From: Acidimicrobiales bacterium
GTDB lineage: Bacteria > Actinomycetota > Acidimicrobiia > Acidimicrobiales > SZUA-35
NCBI GenBank assembly: GCA_020630065.1
Contig: JAHDCC010000002.1
Span: 204,092 to 268,091 of the forward strand
Length of the DNA stretch: 64,000 nt
Direction: 5' to 3'
Shown: positions 1 through 8,370 of the stretch, in pieces
How the letters are laid out: every line of letters starts with the position of its first letter
Numbering within the stretch: position 1 is the first letter of the stretch
Translations under genes and position numbers: made by a program
Notes under the pieces: generated by a model
What the model was told of the DNA's origin: nothing
What the model saw: the letters and a program-made list of their open reading frames with translations, nothing else
Databases searched by the model: none

Positions 1-93
1 AATCGCTTCGCGCTCTCGGCAACTTCGACCAGAAGTAGTAACAACGCCAACTTCGCGAAAATGTGTCAACTTTCACGGATTCTCTAGAATCTG

Positions 94-117
94 GAGATAG
101 CTCTGAAGAGCTGTCTC
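94..117 (+). other. Stem-loop in the pnp upstream leader (10-bp stem gagatagctc/gagctgtctc with one G-U pair, tgaa tetraloop)
   Basis: Read directly from the sequence. It lies about 245 nt upstream of the pnp ATG and has no U-tract. It could be an upstream-gene terminator or a processing hairpin. Confidence 0.35.
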
Positions 118-361
118 ATCAGGGCCATATAACTGCCGAAAGAGGTAATAGAGGTGCCTGGAACACATCTTGTGTGTATTGCCGCTAGCGTAGTGGGCAG
201 TGCTTGGAAGGACCGGGCACACAACGAGGTAGATCAGCTACCAGTTTCCGGTTCCTCGGCAGAGTCCGCCACCATACGTTCTGCTGTGTGATCGAAATCT
301 GGGATCTGGTCTGTCAGGGAAGACGAAGGACGTTTTCCCGTTTGAAAATAAGGAGATCCCT

Positions 362-2863
362 ATGACGGAAATCGTTTCCGTTAGTGGAACCGTCACATCT
401 GGTGACGGACAAGACCTGCATCTAGAGACAGGTCGGTACGCCGTGCAAGCCGGCGGGGCCGTAATGGCCACCATGGGCGAAACCAGCATTCTGGTAGCTG
501 CAACCGCAGCAAGCAAAGTTCGAGACGGAATTGACTTTTTCCCTCTCACCGTAGATGTCGAAGAGCGTTCTTACGCTGCTGGCAAAATCCCTGGTTCGTT
601 CTTCCGTCGTGAAGGTCGATCATCGGACAACGCCACGCTGACCTGTCGTCTAATCGACCGGCCGTTGCGTCCGTCGTTTGCCGAGGGGTTCCGTAACGAG
701 ACACATATCGTCGTTACCGTAACCTCAGCCGACCAGAAAGTGCCGTACGACGTGTTGGCTATCAACGCAGCGTCAGCGGCTCTGATGGTTTCTGACATTC
801 CGTTCGAAGGCCCAATCGGTGCCGTTCGATTGGCGTTTGACGCCGACGGTGAATGGATTGCTCACCCAACCTATGAAGAAGGCGAAGCTTCGTCGTTCGA
901 AATCGTTGTAGCTGGTCGACAGCTAGACAACGGTGATGTAGCGGTCATGATGGTCGAAGCTGGTGGAACCACCAACTCTTGGACCAACTACGAGGGCGGC
1001 GCTCAAAAGGTTGATGAAGAGGTTCTCGCTGGCGGACTTGTTGCCGCTGAAACCTACATCAAAGAAGCTATCGCACTTCAGCTTGAACTAGTTAAAGGCG
1101 TCGGCGAAAAGCCAGTAATGGATTTCGTCGCCCAAATTGACTACACCGAAGATCAACTCGCTGCAGTAAACAAAATCGCTGAAGCGAAGCTTCAAGACGT
1201 CATGTTTATCACCGGCAATAAACAAGCCCGGGCAGAAGCAACCGATGCTCTTCGTGACGAAGTGGTCGCCGAGCTTCTCCCAACCTTCGCTGGTGACGAC
1301 GAAGCTCTAGCAACCAAACAGCTCAAAGCCGCATTCCGGTCCGCTTCTAAAACCGTAGTGCGACGCAAAATCTCAGAAGACGGATCTCGTATCGACGGTC
1401 GTGGACCAGCCGATATCCGGGCACTTTCCGCCGAGGTTGGCGTTGTCCCTCGAGTTCACGGTTCTGGTTTGTTCCAACGTGGCGACACCCAGGTTCTGAA
1501 CGTTTCTACCCTCGGTATGAAGCGCATGGACCAGATGATCGACGGTATCGATCCGGTCGAGCGTAAAAGCTACATGCACCACTACAACTTCCCTCCATTC
1601 TCAACCGGTGAGACCGGATTTATGCGTGGACCGAAGCGACGCGAGATTGGTCACGGCCTGTTAGCGGAACGTGCATTGGTTCCCGTAATCCCAACCCTCG
1701 AAGAGTGGCCGTACACGATGCGCCTCGTTTCTGAGGTTCTGGCTTCGAACGGTTCGTCTTCTATGGCTTCCGTTTGTGGCTCGACACTGTCGCTTATGGA
1801 TGCTGGTGTTCCAATTAAGGCTCCGGTTGCCGGTATCGCAATGGGTCTCGTCTATGCCGAAGGCAGCTACACTACGTTGACCGATATTCTCGGCGCCGAG
1901 GATGCGTTCGGCGACATGGACTTTAAGATCGCTGGTACCTCCGAGTTTGTAACTGCGTTGCAGCTCGACACCAAGATCGAAAACGGTATCCCTTCTGACG
2001 TGTTGGCTCAAGCCCTCACCCAGGCGAAAGATGCTCGTCTCGCGATTCTCGATGTGATGGCTGCTGCTATTGAAGCTCCTCGTGATGATGTTCGCGAGGG
2101 TGCTCCGAAGATCGTTAGCTTCGAAATTCCGATCGACAAGATTGGTGAGGTCATCGGGCCGAAGGGTAAAGTCATCAACGCTATCCAGGCCGAGACCGGT
2201 GCTGATATTTCGGTTGACGATGACGGCGTTGTTGGTGTCGTATCTATCTCGGCGACCGACAAGACAATTGTTGATGAAGGTGAACGTCAGATTCGTTTGA
2301 TCCTTGATCCTCCAACTGCTGATGTTGGTGCTGAATATCCAGGTCGGGTAGTGAACATCACCAAGTTTGGTGCGTTTGTTAACATTCTGCCTGGCCGTGA
2401 CGGTTTGCTGCACATCTCGAAGATTGGCGGTAAGAGGCGTATCGACAAGGTCGAAGACGAACTCGAGCTTGGTCAAGAGGTTGCGGTTGTGGTCGAGGAC
2501 ATCGACCCGAACGGCAAGATCTCGTTGAAGATGGCTGGCGACGATTCAGCTTCAGACGATGACTCGTCTAGTTCTGATTCTAACGACAGCGCACCGAGTG
2601 GTAAAAGCTCCAGCGACGGCGGGAGCCGCGGTCGTGGTAGCCGCAGTGGTAAGGGTGACCGAGGTCGTTCCGGTTCAAAGTCTAAAGCGGAATCAACGGA
2701 CTCTGCCAAAGTATCGATGTCGTTCGAAGACGAATTCTCAGCAGAAGCAGCGGAAGGCTTCGGAGATCTCGGACCTGAGGGCGCCCCTATCGTGCGGGAT
2801 GAAAACCGTCGAGGTCGCGGCCGTGGTCGTGGACGAAACGGTGGAGGCCGTGGTCGTCGATAA
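362..2863 (+). CDS. pnp: Polyribonucleotide nucleotidyltransferase (PNPase) with an extra ~107-aa Ser/Asp- and RGG-rich C-terminal tail
   Basis: 833-aa ORF. Duplicated RNase PH-like core with the FFRREGR motif, a KH region (IGPKGKVINAIQAETG) and an S1 region (GRVVNITKFGAFVNILPG). SD aaggag lies 6 nt before the ATG. Confidence 0.97.
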   Translation: MTEIVSVSGTVTSGDGQDLHLETGRYAVQAGGAVMATMGETSILVAATAASKVRDGIDFFPLTVDVEERSYAAGKIPGSFFRREGRSSDNATLTCRLIDRPLRPSFAEGFRNETHIVVTVTSADQKVPYDVLAINAASAALMVSDIPFEGPIGAVRLAFDADGEWIAHPTYEEGEASSFEIVVAGRQLDNGDVAVMMVEAGGTTNSWTNYEGGAQKVDEEVLAGGLVAAETYIKEAIALQLELVKGVGEKPVMDFVAQIDYTEDQLAAVNKIAEAKLQDVMFITGNKQARAEATDALRDEVVAELLPTFAGDDEALATKQLKAAFRSASKTVVRRKISEDGSRIDGRGPADIRALSAEVGVVPRVHGSGLFQRGDTQVLNVSTLGMKRMDQMIDGIDPVERKSYMHHYNFPPFSTGETGFMRGPKRREIGHGLLAERALVPVIPTLEEWPYTMRLVSEVLASNGSSSMASVCGSTLSLMDAGVPIKAPVAGIAMGLVYAEGSYTTLTDILGAEDAFGDMDFKIAGTSEFVTALQLDTKIENGIPSDVLAQALTQAKDARLAILDVMAAAIEAPRDDVREGAPKIVSFEIPIDKIGEVIGPKGKVINAIQAETGADISVDDDGVVGVVSISATDKTIVDEGERQIRLILDPPTADVGAEYPGRVVNITKFGAFVNILPGRDGLLHISKIGGKRRIDKVEDELELGQEVAVVVEDIDPNGKISLKMAGDDSASDDDSSSSDSNDSAPSGKSSSDGGSRGRGSRSGKGDRGRSGSKSKAESTDSAKVSMSFEDEFSAEAAEGFGDLGPEGAPIVRDENRRGRGRGRGRNGGGRGRR

Positions 2864-2906
2864 CTGCTGGACGTAGTTAATCTACAATCCCATATTTGTG
2901 TCCTGT

Positions 2907-2949
2907 GCGGCCATCATTGACTCGGTTTCGACGGGTCGGTGGTGGCCGC
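2907..2949 (+). other. 15-bp stem-loop between pnp and dapB (gcggccatcattgac / gtcggtggtggccgc, 3 G-U pairs, 13-nt loop)
   Basis: Read directly. There is no downstream U-tract, so it may be a U-tail-less terminator, an attenuator or a processing site. It overlaps the alternative GTG start of dapB. Confidence 0.4.
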
Positions 2950-2965
2950 CGGTACGCTCAAGGTC

Positions 2966-3757
2966 ATGTCGATTCGAGTTGGAATTTTTGGTGTTGGCGG
3001 ACGTATGGGGCAGGCGGTAGCGAATGCCGTCGTCGCTGACGACGCATTGGAACTTGTGGCTGCGGTGGATCCGTCCTATGCCGGTATTGATATTGCTGAA
3101 GTAGCGCAGGTCAACGGTGTGAGTTTTGATATTGCCTCAACGTCGGAGGCGATGATCCACAGTCGGGTTGAGGTCGCAATTGATTTCACGAACCTGTCAG
3201 CGGCTCGAAAAAACCTAGCGTTTTGCGCCGAAAACGGGATCCATAGTGTGATCGGAACTTCAGGGTTTTCTGAGGACGAGTTTGACGAGATTCGCACGAT
3301 ATTTACAGCGTCGAATTGTCTTATCGCCGCGAATTTTGCGATCGGTGCGGTGTTGATGACAAAGTTTGCCGAGATGGCTGCTCCCTTTTTCGAAACCGGC
3401 GAGATCATTGAGTTCCACCACAACGGCAAATTGGATTCTCCTAGTGGTACCGCCATATATACCGCTGAGAGGATGGCGGCAGCGAGTAGTGATTGGGCAG
3501 ATGATCCGACCGAGTTGGAGACCATTCCTGGCGGTAGAGGGGCAAAGGGTGCTTCCGGGATTCCTATCCACGCGGTAAGAATGCGTGGGATGACAGCTCA
3601 TCAGGAGGTCGTTCTGGGTACGACTGGCCAGACTCTAACTCTGCGACATGATTCGTTTGACCGTTCGTCATTTATGCCGGGGGTTGTCATGGCTGCTAGA
3701 CGGGTTGTTGAAATGCCGGGACTAACAATAGGTCTTGAGGACGCCCTCGATATTTAG
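2966..3757 (+). CDS. dapB: 4-hydroxy-tetrahydrodipicolinate reductase
   Basis: N-terminal dinucleotide loop VGIFGVGGRMG and the signature EFHHNGKLDSPSGTA. I chose the ATG at 2966 (MSIRVGIFG) over the upstream GTG at 2939. Confidence 0.93.
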   Translation: MSIRVGIFGVGGRMGQAVANAVVADDALELVAAVDPSYAGIDIAEVAQVNGVSFDIASTSEAMIHSRVEVAIDFTNLSAARKNLAFCAENGIHSVIGTSGFSEDEFDEIRTIFTASNCLIAANFAIGAVLMTKFAEMAAPFFETGEIIEFHHNGKLDSPSGTAIYTAERMAAASSDWADDPTELETIPGGRGAKGASGIPIHAVRMRGMTAHQEVVLGTTGQTLTLRHDSFDRSSFMPGVVMAARRVVEMPGLTIGLEDALDI

Positions 3758-3791
3758 GGTTGTGTCTGGGATTCTGTAGCCTTCCCATAAA

Positions 3792-3817
3792 CCTATGTCA
3801 GCAAATAATGACATAGG
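3792..3817. promoter_or_regulatory. Perfect 9-bp inverted repeat CCTATGTCA-N8-TGACATAGG (core ATGTC-N10-GACAT); candidate operator upstream of oxd
   Basis: Read directly. It lies 35 to 60 bp upstream of the oxd ATG. The same core with the same spacing recurs upstream of arsR (4945..4964). Confidence 0.6.
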
Positions 3818-3851
3818 TGCTAGGGTGGGTTAGACGGAAGGAATCTTGACC

Positions 3852-4907
3852 ATGGCTTTTGAAGTTGCGTATCCACGTATCGTCAAGGGGCGGCGTCCGG
3901 AAGGGCACACGCCCAGGGCCCCTCGGTACCGACTCACCTGGGACCAACCGACCGGAGGTTTTGCTTGTGCGTATTTTGGTGTTCAAGGAAAACCGCTAGG
4001 TCAGGCTGACGAATCAGACTTCCTGCAGGCGATCACCGAGCTGTTGGGGCAGGTGAATGGGCCTCAGGCGACTGAGGTTATGAGATGTCTCGACGGCGCC
4101 GGATATCAAAACACTATGGTCGTGGCTTATTGGTCAACCATCACCGGGTTTGCTACCTGGCAAGAAACCTCTGGGTTTAGATCGTGGTTTGACCGCTCTG
4201 GCTCAGACGGCGGAGGGTTAGGGCTCTGGTTTGAGCCGTTCGTAAGCCACTTCGATCGTCACGAAACGATATATTCAGAGCCGCATTACAACGTCGGGCT
4301 TGCCAACTTGCCCGGCACATCGATTCGATCGATGACCATAAATGGCTACTTTGGGGCGGCTAGGGACCGTGTTGTGTTGTCGGCCATTGACCCTCTTGAG
4401 AACTTGCTGGAAGTTCCCGATCCTAGAGTGACACTGAGTCATGGCTCTGTGGCGCATGTTCGGGTTGCGTTGCCACACAACACTACACTGCTTCGATCCG
4501 GTCAATTCTGGGAGGATGCAGGACCGGAACAACGGGACGACTACATCGAAACGATGAAACCAAAACTTGAAAGAGGGATGGATCATCTTGCTCAGAATCC
4601 GACAGATACCGGCTGTTTGAGTCTCCGAATGACGGTCAATCTGGACGATGACGGCCAAGAACGAGCTGAGACGTCAACGGTCGCGGTCTTCCACTCGCTT
4701 GATCATCTTGAAAAATGGGCGGCTTCACACAAAACACATCTCGATATCTATAATCACGCGATCAAGATGAATAGGCATTACGGGGCCGACCGGGAAGTGG
4801 TCACGTGGCACGAGTTGTTCGTTCTACAGTACGGGGCGGTTTTTGAGTACATCAACTGCCATTCTCAGACAGGCATGATGTCATACGGTCGGGACATATC
4901 TGTATGA
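3852..4907 (+). CDS. oxd: Aldoxime dehydratase (heme-dependent Oxd family)
   Basis: About 350 aa and collinear with my recollection of Bacillus OxdB and Rhodococcus Oxd. Shared blocks include GYQNTMVVAYW, FDRHETIYSEP, NGYFGAARDR, HLEKWAASHKTHLDIYN, TWHELFVL and YINCHSQTG. ATG at 3852 preferred (SD ggaagga upstream); the ORF track starts at TTG 3846. Confidence 0.85.
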   Translation: MAFEVAYPRIVKGRRPEGHTPRAPRYRLTWDQPTGGFACAYFGVQGKPLGQADESDFLQAITELLGQVNGPQATEVMRCLDGAGYQNTMVVAYWSTITGFATWQETSGFRSWFDRSGSDGGGLGLWFEPFVSHFDRHETIYSEPHYNVGLANLPGTSIRSMTINGYFGAARDRVVLSAIDPLENLLEVPDPRVTLSHGSVAHVRVALPHNTTLLRSGQFWEDAGPEQRDDYIETMKPKLERGMDHLAQNPTDTGCLSLRMTVNLDDDGQERAETSTVAVFHSLDHLEKWAASHKTHLDIYNHAIKMNRHYGADREVVTWHELFVLQYGAVFEYINCHSQTGMMSYGRDISV

Positions 4908-4944
4908 GTTGGGCTAGCGGGGAGATGTGCGGTGTTGTATACTC

Positions 4945-4964
4945 ATGTCTGTACATATTGACAT
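4945..4964. promoter_or_regulatory. ATGTC-N10-GACAT inverted repeat; candidate operator upstream of the ArsR gene
   Basis: Read directly. It lies 19 to 38 bp upstream of the arsR ATG. Core half-sites and spacing are identical to the oxd-proximal palindrome. It overlaps the tandem repeat ACATATT-G-ACATATT. Confidence 0.5.
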
Positions 4965-4982
4965 ATTCGAAATAGGTTTTCT

Positions 4983-5321
4983 ATGGATAGTGACGCAATC
5001 TTTTCAGCATTGAGTGATCCGAATCGCCGGGCGATTATGGCGCTAATCGGTGAAAAAGAAGAGATGGCGGTGGGGGAGATAGTCGAGCGTTTCGACACTA
5101 TTGGGCGGACCGGAATCTCTTCTCACCTTCGTGTATTGCGACTTTCCGGATTGGTGACCGAGCGTCGTGAGGGTAACTTCCGTTATTACTCCATAGCAAC
5201 ACAGTCAGCGGACACTGTAGTTGCGTTTTTGTCGACGGTCTACAAAGACTCGCTAAGTGGTTTGAGCGTATCAGTCGATACCTCTTCCACGGAGTTCGCT
5301 GCCGACGAACGGACAGCTTAG
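4983..5321 (+). CDS. ArsR/SmtB-family winged-helix transcriptional regulator
   Basis: 112 aa with the ALSDPNRRAIMALI opening and an HTH region (VGEIVERF...ISSHLRVLRLSGLV...REGNFRYY) typical of the ArsR family. I saw no obvious metal-binding Cys motif. Confidence 0.85.
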   Translation: MDSDAIFSALSDPNRRAIMALIGEKEEMAVGEIVERFDTIGRTGISSHLRVLRLSGLVTERREGNFRYYSIATQSADTVVAFLSTVYKDSLSGLSVSVDTSSTEFAADERTA

Positions 5322-5333
5322 CGAAAGGTAGTA

Positions 5334-6767
5334 ATGGGCGATCTCGTCTTTACCAGTCAAACAAAGGTGGAGGTCGGCCCAGCCGACTTGTTTGACCTAT
5401 TCGGTTCTGGTGATCGGGAACTGGGTTGGTTGTTTGGTTCTGAGGCGGCAGCTTTACGCCCGGGGGGACTAGTTCGATTGTCGTTGCCGATCGGTGGACT
5501 CTCTGACGCAGACGGCACCGCCCGTATCCAATCGGTAGCCCCGTTTCGACGCATCCTCTTGGCCCATGAGTCGCCGTGGTCGGGGTACATCGATTGTCGT
5601 ATCTCTCCAGGCAGGTCAGGGGGTTCTCAGGTTCGGGTCACGGTTTCAATCTCGCAGGCCGAAATAAGTCGCCTTGGGGCCGGGTTTGGGTTGGCCGTTT
5701 CGCCGCCGCCCAACGGCCATATTTCGGTAGGGCTCTTGACATCGCTTTCCGGTTCTAACGGCATCTTTGGCCGCTCTACCGTCAACTGTGCCCAGCTCGC
5801 GATTGATGAGCTCAACGCCGACGGTGGGGTTCTTGGTCGGCAGGTTAGCTTGTCGGTCGCTGACGATGCCACCAATCCGGTTGTTGGGCAGATCTCGATG
5901 GAGCGACTGCTTAGAACCCCAAATCTAAGTGCCGTAATCGGGTACCACAATTCTGCCACCTTCGCGGTGACAAGTGGTCTAGCCATCGACGCTGGCATTC
6001 CTTATCTTTACACGCCGGTCAGTGAACCGGGTGGTCACCATCCACTGTTGTTCAGGTTGGGAGGCACTCCGCTTGAGCAACTGCGGTTCGCGTTGCCGCG
6101 GCTGGCTCGGGAGACTGGTGGGACGAGGTGGTTTATAGCGGGAAACGATTACACCTGGCCTAGGGCTATTGCGGCTACTGCCAAACCTGTAGTTGAGGGG
6201 ATGGGTGGGACGATTGCCGGTAGGGGCTTTTTGCCGATCGGTACCCGTCGGTTTGAGCCGATAATCGAGGCGATTCGTCGAAGTGGCGCAGAGCATATTA
6301 TTTCTGGATTTGTGGGGCAGGATCAGATTCGTTTTGAGCAGGCCTGTGTTGCTCACGGTTTGCGAGATTCGACCCGTACCTTTGCCCCGTTTTTGGACGA
6401 CGTGGTGGTTGAGCATCTTGGCGATTCGGCTGCCGGTGTGTGGAATGTGCTGGGCTATTTTGAAGGGCTTGACACGACGGAAAATCGTGATTTCTTAAGC
6501 CGGTATAAGGTTCGATTTGGTGAAAATGCTGCTCCGGTATCTGCGGCAGCAGAGGCCGTGTATGAGGCGACCCATCGTTGGGCTCGTGCATGTGTTGCCG
6601 GTCGGGGTGTCGATGCGTCGGCCGTTGTGCATACGTTGAGGGACGCTCGATTTGAAGGTCCCCGGAGGCGAACGAGTTTAGCGTCACCCGATCGCATGCT
6701 GTTGGGTGAAGCGACATCGACCAAGGTTCGTGTGCTCGACAAATTGCCGTCGGTTCATAGCGCCTGA
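5334..6767 (+). CDS. Cytoplasmic fusion protein: N-terminal SRPBCC/AHSA1-like domain plus C-terminal AmiC-type (type 1 periplasmic-binding-fold) ligand-binding domain
   Basis: 477 aa with no signal peptide. From about residue 125 it is collinear with the two exported binding proteins in this cluster (NDYTWPRA vs NDYIWPRG; LNADGGVLGR vs INESGGIGGR). The first ~120 aa have the beta-rich pattern of SRPBCC/AHSA1 proteins that are usually encoded next to ArsR genes. The start is 12 nt after the arsR stop. Confidence 0.7.
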   Translation: MGDLVFTSQTKVEVGPADLFDLFGSGDRELGWLFGSEAAALRPGGLVRLSLPIGGLSDADGTARIQSVAPFRRILLAHESPWSGYIDCRISPGRSGGSQVRVTVSISQAEISRLGAGFGLAVSPPPNGHISVGLLTSLSGSNGIFGRSTVNCAQLAIDELNADGGVLGRQVSLSVADDATNPVVGQISMERLLRTPNLSAVIGYHNSATFAVTSGLAIDAGIPYLYTPVSEPGGHHPLLFRLGGTPLEQLRFALPRLARETGGTRWFIAGNDYTWPRAIAATAKPVVEGMGGTIAGRGFLPIGTRRFEPIIEAIRRSGAEHIISGFVGQDQIRFEQACVAHGLRDSTRTFAPFLDDVVVEHLGDSAAGVWNVLGYFEGLDTTENRDFLSRYKVRFGENAAPVSAAAEAVYEATHRWARACVAGRGVDASAVVHTLRDARFEGPRRRTSLASPDRMLLGEATSTKVRVLDKLPSVHSA

Positions 6768-6956
6768 CAGGCCTTGGGTCTCGCTGTGAGGCGTCGTTTA
6801 TCTATTCGTGATTCGGGTTGTGGAGGATGTGCAGCTGACTCCCTGTACAATCTAAGTCAATACGTAGTGACATAGCTCAAGGGGGAGCTGTCGCTGGGAG
6901 AAATGGCGGTAGCGATATTCGCTGTTGTCATATATCGACATAGATAGGGGAGTATT

Positions 6957-8270
6957 GTGAGTAAGAGCAACAATAATTCGATTGAAGACCCACGAGAGAG
7001 CAACAAACTTGGGCGGCGCCTGGTACTTAAAACCGGTCTGGGGTTTGGGGCAGCCGCCGCACTCGCTCCAGTCCTTGCCGCTTGTTCGTCAGATGCCGCA
7101 GACGAGACCAGTAACACTGGTTCAAACGACACCGCTACCAGCCCAGACGGAACACCAGCTGAAGCAACTGGTGACCCAATAAAGGTCGGATATATCGGTG
7201 ATCTAACCGGGGTACTCGCTCAGCAAGGCCAAATCCAGTTGAACTGTTTCGAACTTGCGGTCAAACAAATAAATGAGTCCGGGGGAATCGGTGGCCGCCC
7301 AATCGAAGCGGTTACCGAAGACACCGCAAGTGACTCAGCACAAGCCATCGAAAAGTCGACCAAGCTGGCTCTAGAAGATGAAGTTGTCACCGTGATTGGT
7401 GGCATCACAAGTTCGGTACGAGAGGCGGCTTTGACCGTCCTGCCTAACGAGAAGATCCCATTCTTTTACACGACGTTCTACGAAGGGGCCGCGGCTGGAG
7501 CAACCGCCTGTGACGAATACCTGATTGCTACTGGACAGATACCGAATCAACAAGTAGCCCCACTCGTTCCATACCTATCCGAAAACGTGGGCAAGAAATA
7601 CATTGTCGTTGGTAACGACTACATCTGGCCTCGAGGCATGACAGAAGTACTCGAAGAGCTTCTGGTCGAAGAGGGCGGTGAAGTAGTTTCATCAACATAT
7701 TTCCCACTCGGGACTACAGACTTCGGTCCGTTCTTTAAAGAACTAGCCGACGCCGACGCAGACATTTGCTGGGTTACCCTGGTCGGCTCTGACCAAGACA
7801 CATTCCTGCAGCAATATAAACAGTTCGGTGCCACAACCCAAATCGTTTCGCTATCGATGAACGACGATATCGCCGCTACGAATCCGGAAATATCCGAAGG
7901 CGTTATCACGGTTCAGAACTACCTGGCTGGGATTGAGAGTGGAAACAACACCAAATTCCTTGAAGAGTACCGCGCCGAAAATGGTGCTGATACCTTCCCG
8001 ATCGCTATCGGGGAAGGCGCCTACAACTCGGTCTATCTATTCAAAGGGGCAGTCGAAGCAGCCGACGGTTCAACCGACCCAACCGACTGGATTCCGAAAT
8101 TGAGCGGAGTGAGTTTCGATTCCCCAAGTGGAAGTATCGGCATTGACGCCGACACACAGCACGCCATCACCAACAGCTACATCGGCAAGGTTGGTGCCGA
8201 CGGTGTCATCGAAATTCTCGACGAAGAGAAAGCCGTTGTACCGGTAGTCGAAGGCTGCATTCTTTCATAA
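6957..8270 (+). CDS. ABC transporter substrate-binding lipoprotein, UrtA/FmdD/AmiC family (urea/short-chain-amide type), paralog 1
   Basis: Signal with RR and a lipobox (RRLVLKTGLGFGAAAALAPVLAAC|SS). Family blocks FYTTFYEG, PNQQ, GNDYIWPRG and IDADTQH match UrtA-like proteins as I recall them. GTG start with ggggag SD. Confidence 0.85.
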   Translation: MSKSNNNSIEDPRESNKLGRRLVLKTGLGFGAAAALAPVLAACSSDAADETSNTGSNDTATSPDGTPAEATGDPIKVGYIGDLTGVLAQQGQIQLNCFELAVKQINESGGIGGRPIEAVTEDTASDSAQAIEKSTKLALEDEVVTVIGGITSSVREAALTVLPNEKIPFFYTTFYEGAAAGATACDEYLIATGQIPNQQVAPLVPYLSENVGKKYIVVGNDYIWPRGMTEVLEELLVEEGGEVVSSTYFPLGTTDFGPFFKELADADADICWVTLVGSDQDTFLQQYKQFGATTQIVSLSMNDDIAATNPEISEGVITVQNYLAGIESGNNTKFLEEYRAENGADTFPIAIGEGAYNSVYLFKGAVEAADGSTDPTDWIPKLSGVSFDSPSGSIGIDADTQHAITNSYIGKVGADGVIEILDEEKAVVPVVEGCILS

Positions 8271-8370
8271 CAAAAGTGGCGGATAGCGGGCACCAACGAA
8301 ACCGGAGCAGGACCAATAAAGCTCCGAAGATTCTACCTGTCTGCTTGTTAAAGAAACGATTGGACATGAT

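Noticed and set aside
1-36. Possible 3' end of rpsO (frame 3 reads ...SLRALGNFDQK then a stop) upstream of pnp
   Set aside because: rpsO-pnp synteny makes it plausible, but only 11 codons are visible and they do not match the usual rpsO C-terminus well enough to call.
1661-2476. 271-aa ORF antisense to pnp. Similar long antisense ORFs occur at 20187..21026 (opposite the DUF4153-like gene), 29888..30835 (opposite ftsK) and 43465..44106 (opposite pgl).
   Set aside because: Each lies entirely inside a gene with unmistakable family motifs on the other strand. Their translations are low-complexity (Arg/Ser/Pro-rich) with no recognisable domains. Long shadow ORFs are expected in GC-rich coding DNA.
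6894-6948. 14-codon upstream ORF (MAVAIFAVVIYRHR) before binding-protein gene 1, and a 15-codon Cys-rich ORF (GTG at 14379, MCLLICLSCAEKVAK) before binding-protein gene 2
   Set aside because: SD spacing for the first is poor, the two peptides share no similarity, and conservation cannot be tested here. Not enough support to call leader peptides.
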